Part shown: positions 30,401-39,377 of the stretch, in pieces
How positions within the stretch are numbered: position 1 is the stretch's first letter
Layout of the letters: each line of letters opens with the position of its first letter
From: an uncultured Solirubrobacterales bacterium
GTDB lineage: Bacteria > Actinomycetota > Thermoleophilia > Solirubrobacterales > Solirubrobacteraceae
NCBI GenBank assembly: GCA_963837385.1
Contig: CAWIMZ010000019.1
Span: forward strand, 52,180-116,179
DNA: 64,000 nt
Direction: 5' to 3'
Translations under genes and position numbers: made by a program
Notes under the pieces: generated by a model
Seen by the model: the letters and a program-made list of their open reading frames with translations, nothing else
The model's database searches: none
What the model was told of the DNA's origin: nothing

Positions 30401-31372
30401 ATGGCCGCCGAGCGCGTTCAGAACAGGCCCTGTGGGGGTCGGTATGGCGACATCGTGCAGTCGATCGGCCACACGCCGCTGGTCGAGCTCAAGCGACTGA
30501 GTCCGAAGCCTGGCGTACGGATCTGGGCCAAGCTCGAATCCCGCAACCCGACCGGTTCGGTCAAGGACAGAGTCGCCCGCGCGCTGATCGAGGACGCGGA
30601 GGAGAAGGGAGCGATCCGCCCGGGGCAGACCATTTTGGAGCCGACCTCCGGGAACACCGGCATCTCGCTCGCGATGATCTGCGGCCGTAAGGGTTATCCG
30701 GTGAAGGTCGTGATGCCCGAGAACGTGACTCGCGAGCGCGCCGAATTGCTGCAGATCTACGGTGCGGAGATCGTCTACTCGGAGGGCTCGAAGGGTTCCA
30801 ACGGGGCCGTTGAGCTGGCGCTGCAGATGGCTGAGAGGGATGCTTCCTACTACATGCCCTACCAGTACGGCAACCAGGCCAACCCGCTCGCGCACTACAA
30901 CGGGACAGCGCTGGAGATCCTCGAGGAGCTCGACGAGATCTCCGCGTTCGTGGCCGGTCTCGGCACCGGCGGCACGCTGATGGGCAACGGGCGCCGTCTG
31001 AAGGAGGAGCTCGGCGACCAGGTGAAGATCGTCGCCGCAGAGCCGATGCAGGGAGAGCCGGTGCAGGGTCTCCGCTCACTCGAGGACGGCTTCATCCCGC
31101 CGATCATCGACCTCTCGCTGCTCGACCGCAAGATCTTCGTGACGAACACCGATGCGATCGTCTTCACGCGCAGGCTGCTCGAGGAAGAAGGCCTGTTCGC
31201 GGGTGTCTCGTCGGGAGCGATCGCGCGGGTCGCCGTGCGCATCGCGGGCGAGCTGGATGAGGGGAACGTCGTATTCATCGTCGCCGACGATGGCTGGAAG
31301 TACCTATCGAGCGGCATCTACACGCGCCCCCTCGACGAGATCGTAGACATGGACGCCACCGTTTGGTGGTGA
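30401..31372 (+). CDS. cysM: PLP-dependent cysteine synthase (CysM type)
   Basis: IGHTPLV, KLESRNPTGSVKDR, EPTSGNTG, GLGTGGT, DDGWKYLS. Confidence 0.93.
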   Translation: MAAERVQNRPCGGRYGDIVQSIGHTPLVELKRLSPKPGVRIWAKLESRNPTGSVKDRVARALIEDAEEKGAIRPGQTILEPTSGNTGISLAMICGRKGYPVKVVMPENVTRERAELLQIYGAEIVYSEGSKGSNGAVELALQMAERDASYYMPYQYGNQANPLAHYNGTALEILEELDEISAFVAGLGTGGTLMGNGRRLKEELGDQVKIVAAEPMQGEPVQGLRSLEDGFIPPIIDLSLLDRKIFVTNTDAIVFTRRLLEEEGLFAGVSSGAIARVAVRIAGELDEGNVVFIVADDGWKYLSSGIYTRPLDEIVDMDATVWW

Positions 31373-31929
31373 ATCCACTCGCACACCGGACATCTCGCAG
31401 GAAGCTTCTAGGGGCCTCCGCCGTCGGGCTCCTGCTCGCGGGCTGCGGTTCGAGCGCCGCGCCCACGCAAAGCTCGGACCAGAGCTCGCCGCCGGCGATC
31501 GGCGCCGATGTCGGGGTGCTCAACTCCGCGCTGGCGATCGAGCTGCACTCGGCCGCCGCGTACACGGCGGCGATCCCGCTGCTGAGCGGACGGACACAGA
31601 AGGACGCCAAGCAGTTTCTCTCCCAAGATCTCTCGCACGCGAGCAGGCTGTCGGGAATCATCAAGCAGGCGGGTGGCGAGGCGGTGGAGCCGCTGGGGAG
31701 CTACAACCTGGGCAGCCCCCGGAACGAGTCCGAACTGCTGATGCTGCTGCACTCGGTGGAGGGAACCGTCGTGGCCGGCTACCTGCAAGCGATCCCGAGG
31801 CTCTCGGACGGGATGGTGAGGGCGGTTGTGGCGTCGATCCTCGCCAACGACGCCCAGCACATATCGGTGCTGCGCACGAGGCTTCGACTCCCGCCCGTAC
31901 CGTCGGCGCTCGTGAGTGGACGCGAGTGA
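31363..31929 (+). CDS. Ferritin-like domain Tat lipoprotein
   Basis: SRRKLL Tat motif, LAGC lipobox; four-helix pattern E...DxxH...E...DxxH. Confidence 0.75.
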   Translation: MVVNPLAHRTSRRKLLGASAVGLLLAGCGSSAAPTQSSDQSSPPAIGADVGVLNSALAIELHSAAAYTAAIPLLSGRTQKDAKQFLSQDLSHASRLSGIIKQAGGEAVEPLGSYNLGSPRNESELLMLLHSVEGTVVAGYLQAIPRLSDGMVRAVVASILANDAQHISVLRTRLRLPPVPSALVSGRE

Positions 31930-32540
31930 GCGCCGAGGCTCAGGACCGTCGCGCCACGCGCCGGGAGCTGATCTCCCGCGGGATCGCGACTGCCGCCGCC
32001 GCCTCGGTGCTGACGGTGACGCTCGAGTCCCCGGCGGTCGCCGGCGCCGCCCCCGATGCGCAGGTCCTCTCAGCGACGCTCGCGGTCGAGCAGGTCGTGC
32101 TGGTCGCTTACCGCCATGTGCTCGTCTCCGGGGCTCTCGAGCCTCGAACCGAGCGGATCGTGCGAGCGCTGCTGGACCAGGAGCTCCAGCACGTCTCGGT
32201 CCTCGGCCACGAGCTGATCGCGCTCGGTGGACGGCCACCTTCGGTTTCGCCGGACCTGGCCGCAGTCGAGAAGGCGCTGGCGGCCCACCACGTTGCCGAC
32301 AGCCTCACGAACCTGCGCTCCCAGCACGACTGCCTGAAGCTGCTCGTCGACGTCGAGACGGTCGTGGAAGGCGCCTACTACGCGGCGATGTCGAAATTGA
32401 GCGATCCGCACCTGCTCGCCACGAGTGCCGCGATCATGGCGTGTGAGGCGCAGCACTGGACGTTGCTCAGCGGGATGCAGCACCATGGCGACGTGTCGAT
32501 CTCCGTTCCGTACGCGTACGTGCAGGGGGCGGTGATCTAG
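31926..32540 (+). CDS. Ferritin-like domain Tat-exported protein
   Basis: TRRELI Tat motif; E...ELQH...E...EAQH diiron-type pattern. Confidence 0.78.
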   Translation: MSAEAQDRRATRRELISRGIATAAAASVLTVTLESPAVAGAAPDAQVLSATLAVEQVVLVAYRHVLVSGALEPRTERIVRALLDQELQHVSVLGHELIALGGRPPSVSPDLAAVEKALAAHHVADSLTNLRSQHDCLKLLVDVETVVEGAYYAAMSKLSDPHLLATSAAIMACEAQHWTLLSGMQHHGDVSISVPYAYVQGAVI

Positions 32541-32562
32541 CGCGTTGGTAGCCTCGGCAGGG

Positions 32563-32955
32563 ATGCGGATCTCCCGGGAGCTCTACGACGAGATCGTCGA
32601 TCACGCGCGCGAGGACGCGCCCAACGAGTGCTGCGGCATGATCGCCGCGCGCGACGGCCAGGCGGTGAAGGTCTACCGGGCGACGAACACCGCCGCGAGT
32701 CCACTGCGCTACGAGATCGACGGCGGCGAGCAGTTCAGGATCCAGATGGAGATCGACGACGCGGACCTGGACCTGGGCGCGATCTACCACTCGCACACTC
32801 GGAGCGAGCCGTACCCGTCGCAGACCGACATCAACCTCGCCTTCTATCCCGAGTCGCTGTACATGATCGTCGGGCTCGGGGGTGACGATCCCGACGTACG
32901 GGCGTACACGATCCGCAACGGACAGGTGACTGACGCAGAGCTGCTGGTGCAGTGA
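32563..32955 (+). CDS. mec: JAMM/MPN+ (M67) metallopeptidase, Mec-like
   Basis: PNECCG, IYHSHT...PSQTD. Confidence 0.9.
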   Translation: MRISRELYDEIVDHAREDAPNECCGMIAARDGQAVKVYRATNTAASPLRYEIDGGEQFRIQMEIDDADLDLGAIYHSHTRSEPYPSQTDINLAFYPESLYMIVGLGGDDPDVRAYTIRNGQVTDAELLVQ

Positions 32956-33335
32956 TGGCCCGCCGCCGAGAGATGCTCGTCTGCCCGAGTTGCGGTCTGG
33001 AGTTCGGTCCCCACGAGCGGTTCTGCGCCACCTGCAGGCTGCCGCTGGTTCACTCGGACGATGCGCGCGCTGGTTTTCAGATCAGCGAGCGTCACGCGCG
33101 CGCCCGCAAGGTCAAACCCCAGCTCGCGGAGGGCCCGCTGGTGCGCGTGGCCGGCGCGGGCAGCCAGCCGGAGGCCGAGTTCATCCAGGGACTGTTGCTC
33201 GAGCACGGCATCCCGAGCATGCTGCGCCGCAGCGCGGGGTTTGATGTGCCGGATTTCCTCGCCGCCGGCCCTCGTGACGTGCTCGTCCCGGAAGCCGCGG
33301 TCAGCATCGCGCGAGAGGTCCTGCTGCAAGGTTGA
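32955..33335 (+). CDS. Zinc-ribbon + DUF2007-like protein
   Basis: CPSC...FCATC; EAEFIQGLLLEHGIP. Confidence 0.7.
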   Translation: MARRREMLVCPSCGLEFGPHERFCATCRLPLVHSDDARAGFQISERHARARKVKPQLAEGPLVRVAGAGSQPEAEFIQGLLLEHGIPSMLRRSAGFDVPDFLAAGPRDVLVPEAAVSIAREVLLQG

Positions 33336-33994
33336 GCCTCTGGGGCCGGATATTCGCCGCTCTCTACGACAGGATGCTCGCCGACAGCGAGCGGGCGGGG
33401 CTGGCCGACAAACGGGCGATGCTGCTGGAGCAGACCCACGGCACGGTGCTCGAGGTCGGTGCCGGGACCGGGCTGAACCTCGCCCACTACCCGGCCGGCG
33501 TCCGCGAGCTCGTGCTCCTCGAACCGGAGAAGCCGATGGCTCAGCGCCTGGAGCGCCGGCTCCCGTCGACGGCCGTGCAGGCTCGCGTCGTGCAAGCCCC
33601 GGCCGAGTCGATCCCAGTCGTCGATGCTGGCTTCGACTTCGCCGTATGTACGCTGGTGCTGTGCACCGTGCGCGCCCCACCGCAGGTGTTCGTGGAGCTC
33701 AGACGCGTACTGAAGCCCGGCGGCCGGCTGCTGTTTCTCGAGCACGTGCGCGCCGACGATCGCCGCCTCGCCGGTTGGCAGGATCGCCTGGACCCATTTT
33801 GGGTCCGGATCGGTCATGGCTGCCACTGCAACCGTGACACGCTTCAGGCGATCGCCGCAGCCGGGTTCAGCGTCGATTGGGTCGAGCACACGGAGATGCC
33901 CAGGGCCGCGCCGTTGACCCGGCCGATGATCATCGGCTCGGCATCTCTCTCGCCGAGCCGGCGCGACCCTGGCCGGCGCTCGCCATCCGTGTGA
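33332..33994 (+). CDS. Class I SAM-dependent methyltransferase
   Basis: VLEVGAGTG, LVLCTV, RVLKPGG, FLEHV. Confidence 0.92.
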   Translation: MSLWGRIFAALYDRMLADSERAGLADKRAMLLEQTHGTVLEVGAGTGLNLAHYPAGVRELVLLEPEKPMAQRLERRLPSTAVQARVVQAPAESIPVVDAGFDFAVCTLVLCTVRAPPQVFVELRRVLKPGGRLLFLEHVRADDRRLAGWQDRLDPFWVRIGHGCHCNRDTLQAIAAAGFSVDWVEHTEMPRAAPLTRPMIIGSASLSPSRRDPGRRSPSV

Positions 33995-34727
33995 GGTGCG
34001 AGCGCCAGGCGTCCTCCGTGTGCATCAGCTGACGGCCGTGAAACGCCTTCGAGAGGGCGGCGCCAGCGCCCAGTGGATGAAGCCGCGAGGCGAGCTGCGC
34101 GGCGGCCAGCTCTCCCTCCTCGCGGACCAGGAGGTCGATCAGGGTTCCGCCCAGCAATGGCGCGTCGCGAAGCCCGGGGGGGAACGTCGGCCTGCGGCCC
34201 TCATGCAGCCGGCGGGCGATCGCCGGCCGCGCGTACTCGGTCTGGCCCGCGAACCAGCGGGCGGATCCTTCGAGCAGCCAGGCCCAGCGAAGTCCGAGAG
34301 CAAAACGGGCGGGCGCGCTGGCATTGCGGATCTGGTGGTTGTTCTCGACGATCACGCGGCGTGCATACAGGGCGGGCGCGGTCAGCGCGAGCATCTCCCG
34401 CGAGCCTCTGACGGCCGACGCGCGCGCCTGTAGCGCCGCGGGCGCCAGCACGTGCAACTCGGTCTCGCCGGTCCAGCCCGCCACATATCGGCGCGCCGCG
34501 GGAGCGGTTGCCAGCCACGCCACGGGGACCGCCGGGCTGGCCAACGACAGCGACGTCATCGAGCGGTGAAGAACGATCGTCAGGTCGACGACCACGCGGG
34601 GGAAGGCTTCGCCCAGGCGGTCGCGGGTTCGCTCGAGCGACACGAGCACGCGGTCGGCATCGTCAGCATCCGCAGAGTCGTGCCGCGCGCGGAACGACGC
34701 CGAAACGGATTCAACCCACGCCATCAC
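33930..34727 (-). CDS. Hypothetical protein with a peptidase MA-like fold lacking HExxH
   Basis: ESVSASFRARH N-terminus; WLLEGSARWF motif; no HExxH. Confidence 0.6.
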   Translation of the reverse strand: MMAWVESVSASFRARHDSADADDADRVLVSLERTRDRLGEAFPRVVVDLTIVLHRSMTSLSLASPAVPVAWLATAPAARRYVAGWTGETELHVLAPAALQARASAVRGSREMLALTAPALYARRVIVENNHQIRNASAPARFALGLRWAWLLEGSARWFAGQTEYARPAIARRLHEGRRPTFPPGLRDAPLLGGTLIDLLVREEGELAAAQLASRLHPLGAGAALSKAFHGRQLMHTEDAWRSHLTRMASAGQGRAGSAREMPSR

Positions 34728-34794
34728 GGAGGTGGTCGAAGGCCGGCGGGCAACACCTCGCCCGCCGACTCAGGACCACGGTCGATCGAACTTC

Positions 34795-35424
34795 TCAGAC
34801 CAGGACCGGCTGGCGATCCGAGGCGATCGCGGCGATCTCCTCGGACGCGCGCTCGAACTCCTCGTCCGAGAGCACGGGGGTGCCCTCGAACGGGAGCTCA
34901 CGGGTGAGCTCGAGCCACGAGCGACATCCGCCGTACTCGTCGCGCACCTTGACGGTGACGGGACGCGGGATCCGGTAGGTGCGCAGCAGGATCACGTGGA
35001 GCGGGTGGCGACGCTTCCACGCCAGACGCTTCTCGGCGTAGTCGGTCGTCCATACGTAGAACGGGGACAGGGCATCGACGGCGCGGCGGTCGGTGACCGT
35101 GTAGTGCGCCGCGACCTCCGCCCACGCCCGGATCCGGACGCGGTCGGGTTGGGGGATGTCATCGCCGGCTACCAGCGAGTGTGGCGCCGGCTCGCCATCG
35201 CTCCAGACGCCCTCCTCGAGGGCGCGTGCGAGCTCGGGGCGATGCGATTCGCGCACCAGATCGGAGCACTGGTGGTCGAACGTCGGATACAGGAAGAAGC
35301 GCTCGTAGTCGAGCTTGAAGTGCTTGTCGGGCTCGCGAATACCGCCCTTGCGAAGGGTCAGGAGCTGCTCGCCCTCGGCGAGAGCCCGCACGGTCACGGC
35401 CCATTCTTTAAAAGCAATCGGCAT
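34795..35424 (-). CDS. DUF1802 family protein
   Basis: AFKEWAV, LRKGGIRE, FFLYPTFDHQ, YGGCRSW. Confidence 0.9.
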   Translation of the reverse strand: MPIAFKEWAVTVRALAEGEQLLTLRKGGIREPDKHFKLDYERFFLYPTFDHQCSDLVRESHRPELARALEEGVWSDGEPAPHSLVAGDDIPQPDRVRIRAWAEVAAHYTVTDRRAVDALSPFYVWTTDYAEKRLAWKRRHPLHVILLRTYRIPRPVTVKVRDEYGGCRSWLELTRELPFEGTPVLSDEEFERASEEIAAIASDRQPVLV

Positions 35425-35617
35425 TTATCAGTGGGGGGAGACGAAGAAGATTTACGAATAAATCCCGCGCGTGCAGCTGAACCGCTACGGCAGCGACAGG
35501 AGGCAGTGATTGTAGGCCAGACGCGCGAAATCACAAAACTTTGCTGCAAATCGGCACCTTCGAGAAGGCGACACCGTCGTAGCTATGGCGGCGTGGCCCC
35601 CTCTCGCCCTGGAATCG

Positions 35618-36514
35618 CTAGAGGCGCTTTCCGGCGCTCGCCTCGAGCACTTCGATCAGCGCCGCGAAGTCGTCATCACCGTATCCGCGGCCCGACGCCG
35701 CGCTCAGGATCTCGCGCGTCAGCGCGGCGAACGGGAACGGCGCGCCGGCAGCTTGCCCTTCCTCCAGGCACAGCCGCACATCCTTGAGCATGTGGTCGAG
35801 CTTGAACAGAGTCGTGTAGTCGTGCTCACGCATCGCACGGGCCTTGAGCTCCAGCATCGTCGACCCCGCCGAACCGGCGCCCATCACGGTGGTCAGCGCA
35901 TCGAGATCGACGCCGGCCCGGGCGCCGACGAGCAACGCCTGACCGACGACGGCGGCGTTGGTGGCGGCGACCGCGTTACCGATCAGCTTCACCAGCTGAC
36001 CATGGCCGAGGGGCCCGCAGTGGACGATCAGCTCGCCCATTGCCTCGAGAACCGGCCTGGCGCGCTCGAAATCCGGTCGATCGCCGCCGGCCATGATCGT
36101 CAGCGTGCCGTCCTGCGCGCGTGGCGCGGATCCCGTAACGGGTGCGTCGACCATCCGGACCCCGCGCTCGGCCAGCGCCGCCCCGATCTCCCGGGTCGCC
36201 GTCGGCCCGATCGTGGAGCAGTCGATGCACAGCGTGCCGGGGCGAGCGGTCGCGATCGCGCCGTTCCCGCCGAGCAGCACCTGCTCCACCTGAGGGCCGT
36301 CGACGACCATCGTCACGACGATCTGACTGTCGACGGCGGCCTCCGCGGGCGTGCCCGCCAGCGTCGCGCGATGCTGGCTGCAGAACTCCTCCGCTCTGGC
36401 CCTGGTGCGGTTCCAGACGGTCAGCTCGAATCCAGCTTGGGCCAGGTTCGCGGCCATCCGCGAGCCCATGATTCCGAGACCGAGGAAGGCGACCCGCTCG
36501 CTCACGAGCGACAT
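35618..36514 (-). CDS. NAD(P)-dependent beta-hydroxyacid dehydrogenase (3-hydroxyisobutyrate dehydrogenase family)
   Basis: FLGLGIMG, VWNRT, DAPVTG, GQLVKL.GN, KD. Confidence 0.93.
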   Translation of the reverse strand: MSLVSERVAFLGLGIMGSRMAANLAQAGFELTVWNRTRARAEEFCSQHRATLAGTPAEAAVDSQIVVTMVVDGPQVEQVLLGGNGAIATARPGTLCIDCSTIGPTATREIGAALAERGVRMVDAPVTGSAPRAQDGTLTIMAGGDRPDFERARPVLEAMGELIVHCGPLGHGQLVKLIGNAVAATNAAVVGQALLVGARAGVDLDALTTVMGAGSAGSTMLELKARAMREHDYTTLFKLDHMLKDVRLCLEEGQAAGAPFPFAALTREILSAASGRGYGDDDFAALIEVLEASAGKRL

Positions 36515-37238
36515 GATGGCGGCTTTCCGTGTCCGCCGCCGCCCGGCGTCTCGATCCGCAGCCGCTGTCCTTCTTGGAGCTTGCCGATCGCCTTCGGCGG
36601 CAGCTCGTCACCGTCGAGGCTGTTGCGTCCCGGCGCGCCGGGCTCTCCACCCTCGGCGCCCGGCGGCGCGTGACGCCGCCGTTCGGTGATCAGCGAGTAG
36701 TTCAGCGGGGCGAGCGCCTCGAGCTCACGGATCACGCCGTCGCCGCCGTTGAAGGCGCCACGGCCTCCCGAGCCTCGCCGCAGACCGTAGGCGGTCACCC
36801 GCATCGGGAACTCGAGCTCGAGTGCTTCGATCGGGTGTTGAGCTGCGCCGGCTGGCGCATCGCAGAGCTCAACTGCGCGATCGCGTCATCGTCGAGCACG
36901 CGCGGCTCGATCACCAACCCCTCGTCATCGAGCGTGCGGCTGTCAGCGGGCATCGAACCGGGCGTCGGCCCGCCGACGTCGGCGTGGTGAGCACGGTTGG
37001 CCGCGTAGGCGAGCAACTCGTTTCTCGGCGAAAATCGGAGTGATCACTGTAATGTCCGGGAGATGGGTCCCGCCTTCGCGGGACGCTTGCCGGCACGTTC
37101 CAGCACCGCTTCGATCGCCGACATCACTCCCTCGGATTGGTCGTGCGGCGTCGTCGGTGCCTTTGCCGTCAGCAGCCGGCCGTCAAATGCGAGCACGGCG
37201 TCGGTGAACGTTCCGCCGACGTCGACGCCCAAGAGCAT
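36502..37238 (-). pseudogene. Collapsed hydantoinase/oxoprolinase A+B remnant
   Basis: GVDVGGTFTD (A N-terminus) joined to THLPDITVITP...RAHHADVGG..PGSM (B middle), joined to NT..EALE...ETPGGGG (B C-terminus), all within about 740 bp. Confidence 0.85.
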
Positions 37239-37257
37239 GGGCGGACGTTACCCGTTG

Positions 37258-37293
37258 TGAGAGGCCGCCTCTTAGGTAAGAGGCGGCCTCTCA
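37258..37293. terminator. Perfect 17-bp inverted repeat at the end of the zinc-finger gene
   Basis: tgagaggccgcctctta-gg-taagaggcggcctctca. Confidence 0.65.
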
Positions 37294-37725
37294 GGCCGCC
37301 AGCGCCGGATCGATCTCCTCGGTCTCGGCCAGATGCTGATGGGATGGGCAGTAGCCGTTGTGGGGCAGCGGCATACGTTGGCACGGCGTTCCCCGGCGGG
37401 TGCTCGCGCGGCACTGAAGCGGTTTTCCGTAGACGTCGAAGCCGTTCTGCGGCTGCCGGCGCAGGAACTCGTCCGCGCACCCCAGGTAACGCTCGATGAC
37501 CCGCAGGACCCGCGCCTGGGCGCTCATCGGAAAGTACGCCCGGACGTCGCAGAACAGAGTCCGCGTCGGGCGAGCGAAATAGTGGCGATCGGTGGCGAGC
37601 CGCTCGACGGCCGCCTCGCAAGCGCGCAGCACACGCTCGTGGTTGGCCTGGAGACAGGCGCCGTGTGGGTCCTCGATGATGTCCCCAGCCAGCTCCCGGT
37701 AGATGGCTCGACTGAACCGGTACAT
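37291..37725 (-). CDS. Hypothetical protein with a C-terminal CCCH-type zinc knuckle
   Basis: SD AAGGAG before MYRFSR; C-terminal CRASTRRGTPC...GYCPSH. Confidence 0.75.
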   Translation of the reverse strand: MYRFSRAIYRELAGDIIEDPHGACLQANHERVLRACEAAVERLATDRHYFARPTRTLFCDVRAYFPMSAQARVLRVIERYLGCADEFLRRQPQNGFDVYGKPLQCRASTRRGTPCQRMPLPHNGYCPSHQHLAETEEIDPALAA

Positions 37726-37888
37726 GCTGACTCTGCTCCTTTCGGCTTCGTGCCTGCGCGCCCTCCTTTGGCACGCCGCTACGGGGCACTTCCCGTACCG
37801 CCCGAGTATCCCGCTCGGATGTAAGAGTTCGACGTTCTCCATATTAATTGCGCGTGAAGTACGCCTGACCTGGTGACTTCCAGGCCGG

Positions 37889-39355
37889 CTACTCCCAGGT
37901 CTCGAACCCAGGCTCGGCGCCGGCGGCGATCGTCACGTGCCGGCCTTGGAGGTTCGGGTCGGGCTCCGGGAAATCGCGTCGCTGATGGGCGCCTCGGCTC
38001 TCGGTCCGGGTGATCGCTGAGCGCGCGATCAAACGCACGAGCGGGTGGGGATCGGCGCTCAGGTGCGTCAGCCCCTCGCCGTCGCGCTCCAAGCCGGCGT
38101 ACCGCCACAGGGCCTCACGGCTCGCGCGGTGCAGCGGCGGAGGCCGATCTGCGCGCGCCTTGGCCTCGGCTACGCCTGCGGCGAGCAGATCGGCGTCCGG
38201 ACCAGGCTCGGTGAGCACCGCGCGGGCGGCGCGCGAGCCGAACACGAAGCACTCGGTCAACGAATTGGACGCCAGCCGGTTGGCGCCGTGCAATCCGGTG
38301 CACGAGCACTCGCCGACCGCGTAGAGACCGGGGACCGTCGCCCGGGCGTTCAGATCGGTCGCGATCCCGCCCATCATGTAGTGCGCGGCAGGGGCCACTG
38401 GGACAAGCTCCCGCTCGGGGTCGATGCCGGATTGACGTAGGGCGCTGACCACGTTCGGGAACAGTGCCGGGTCGACGTCGCGCATGTCGAGGTCCACGGA
38501 CGGAGCTCCGGTCAGCGCCATCTGCCGCTGGACGGCCCTCGCCACCTCGTCGCGTGGCGCCAGCTCGTCGACGAACCGCTGTCCGGAGGAGTCGAGCAGG
38601 TGTGCGCCCTCGCCCCGAACTGCCTCGGTGACGAGAAAACCGTCGGCCCCATTGGGGGCCGCGACCGCCGTCGGGTGGAACTGCATGAACTCGAGATCGG
38701 CGAGCGCGGCGCCGGCGTGGAAGGCGAGCAGCAGACCCCCTCCCGTTGCTCCGGCGGGGTTGGTCGTTCGCGACCACAAGGCCGCGGCTCCACCGGTCGC
38801 GAGCACGATCGCGCCGCTCGCGATCGTGCGGCCGTCGTCGAGGAGGGCCCCCACGGAGCGTCCGTGGCCGGTGAGCACAGCGACCGCTCGGCGGCCCTCC
38901 AGGACGTCGATACCCGGATGCTCGGCGACCAGCGCGGAGAGCTGGCGAATGATGCGCCGCCCGGTCGCGGCCCCGCCGGCGTGCACGATCCGGCGCACGG
39001 AATGCCCTCCTTCGAGGCCCAGCGCCAGGCGACCGTTGCGATCTGCGTCGAAGCTCACCCCCAACCGCGTCAGCTCGTCGACCGCCTGGGGAGCCTCGTC
39101 GCAGAGGACACGCGCCGCCGCCTCCTTGACCGCGCCACGGCCGGCTGTGATCGTGTCCGCCAGATGGAGGGCGGGGCTGTCCTGCTCCGACAGCGCGGCG
39201 GCGAGTCCGCCCTGGGCCCAGTAGCTGGACGACTGCGCGAGCGGCGTCGCTGAGACGAGCAGTACGCTCGCACCCTCGCGGGCCGCTCGCAGGGCGGTGT
39301 AGAGCCCGGCTGCACCGGCGCCGACGACGGCCACCTGGGTCTCGAAAGACTTCAA
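37889..39355 (-). CDS. nadB: L-aspartate oxidase
   Basis: GAGAAG, AQGG, EGGHS, QFHPT, TEAVRGEG, ELAPRD, HYMMGG, HGANRLASNSL. Confidence 0.95.
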   Translation of the reverse strand: MKSFETQVAVVGAGAAGLYTALRAAREGASVLLVSATPLAQSSSYWAQGGLAAALSEQDSPALHLADTITAGRGAVKEAAARVLCDEAPQAVDELTRLGVSFDADRNGRLALGLEGGHSVRRIVHAGGAATGRRIIRQLSALVAEHPGIDVLEGRRAVAVLTGHGRSVGALLDDGRTIASGAIVLATGGAAALWSRTTNPAGATGGGLLLAFHAGAALADLEFMQFHPTAVAAPNGADGFLVTEAVRGEGAHLLDSSGQRFVDELAPRDEVARAVQRQMALTGAPSVDLDMRDVDPALFPNVVSALRQSGIDPERELVPVAPAAHYMMGGIATDLNARATVPGLYAVGECSCTGLHGANRLASNSLTECFVFGSRAARAVLTEPGPDADLLAAGVAEAKARADRPPPLHRASREALWRYAGLERDGEGLTHLSADPHPLVRLIARSAITRTESRGAHQRRDFPEPDPNLQGRHVTIAAGAEPGFETWE

Positions 39356-39377
39356 CGGTCAGTACGGTACTCGCGAG

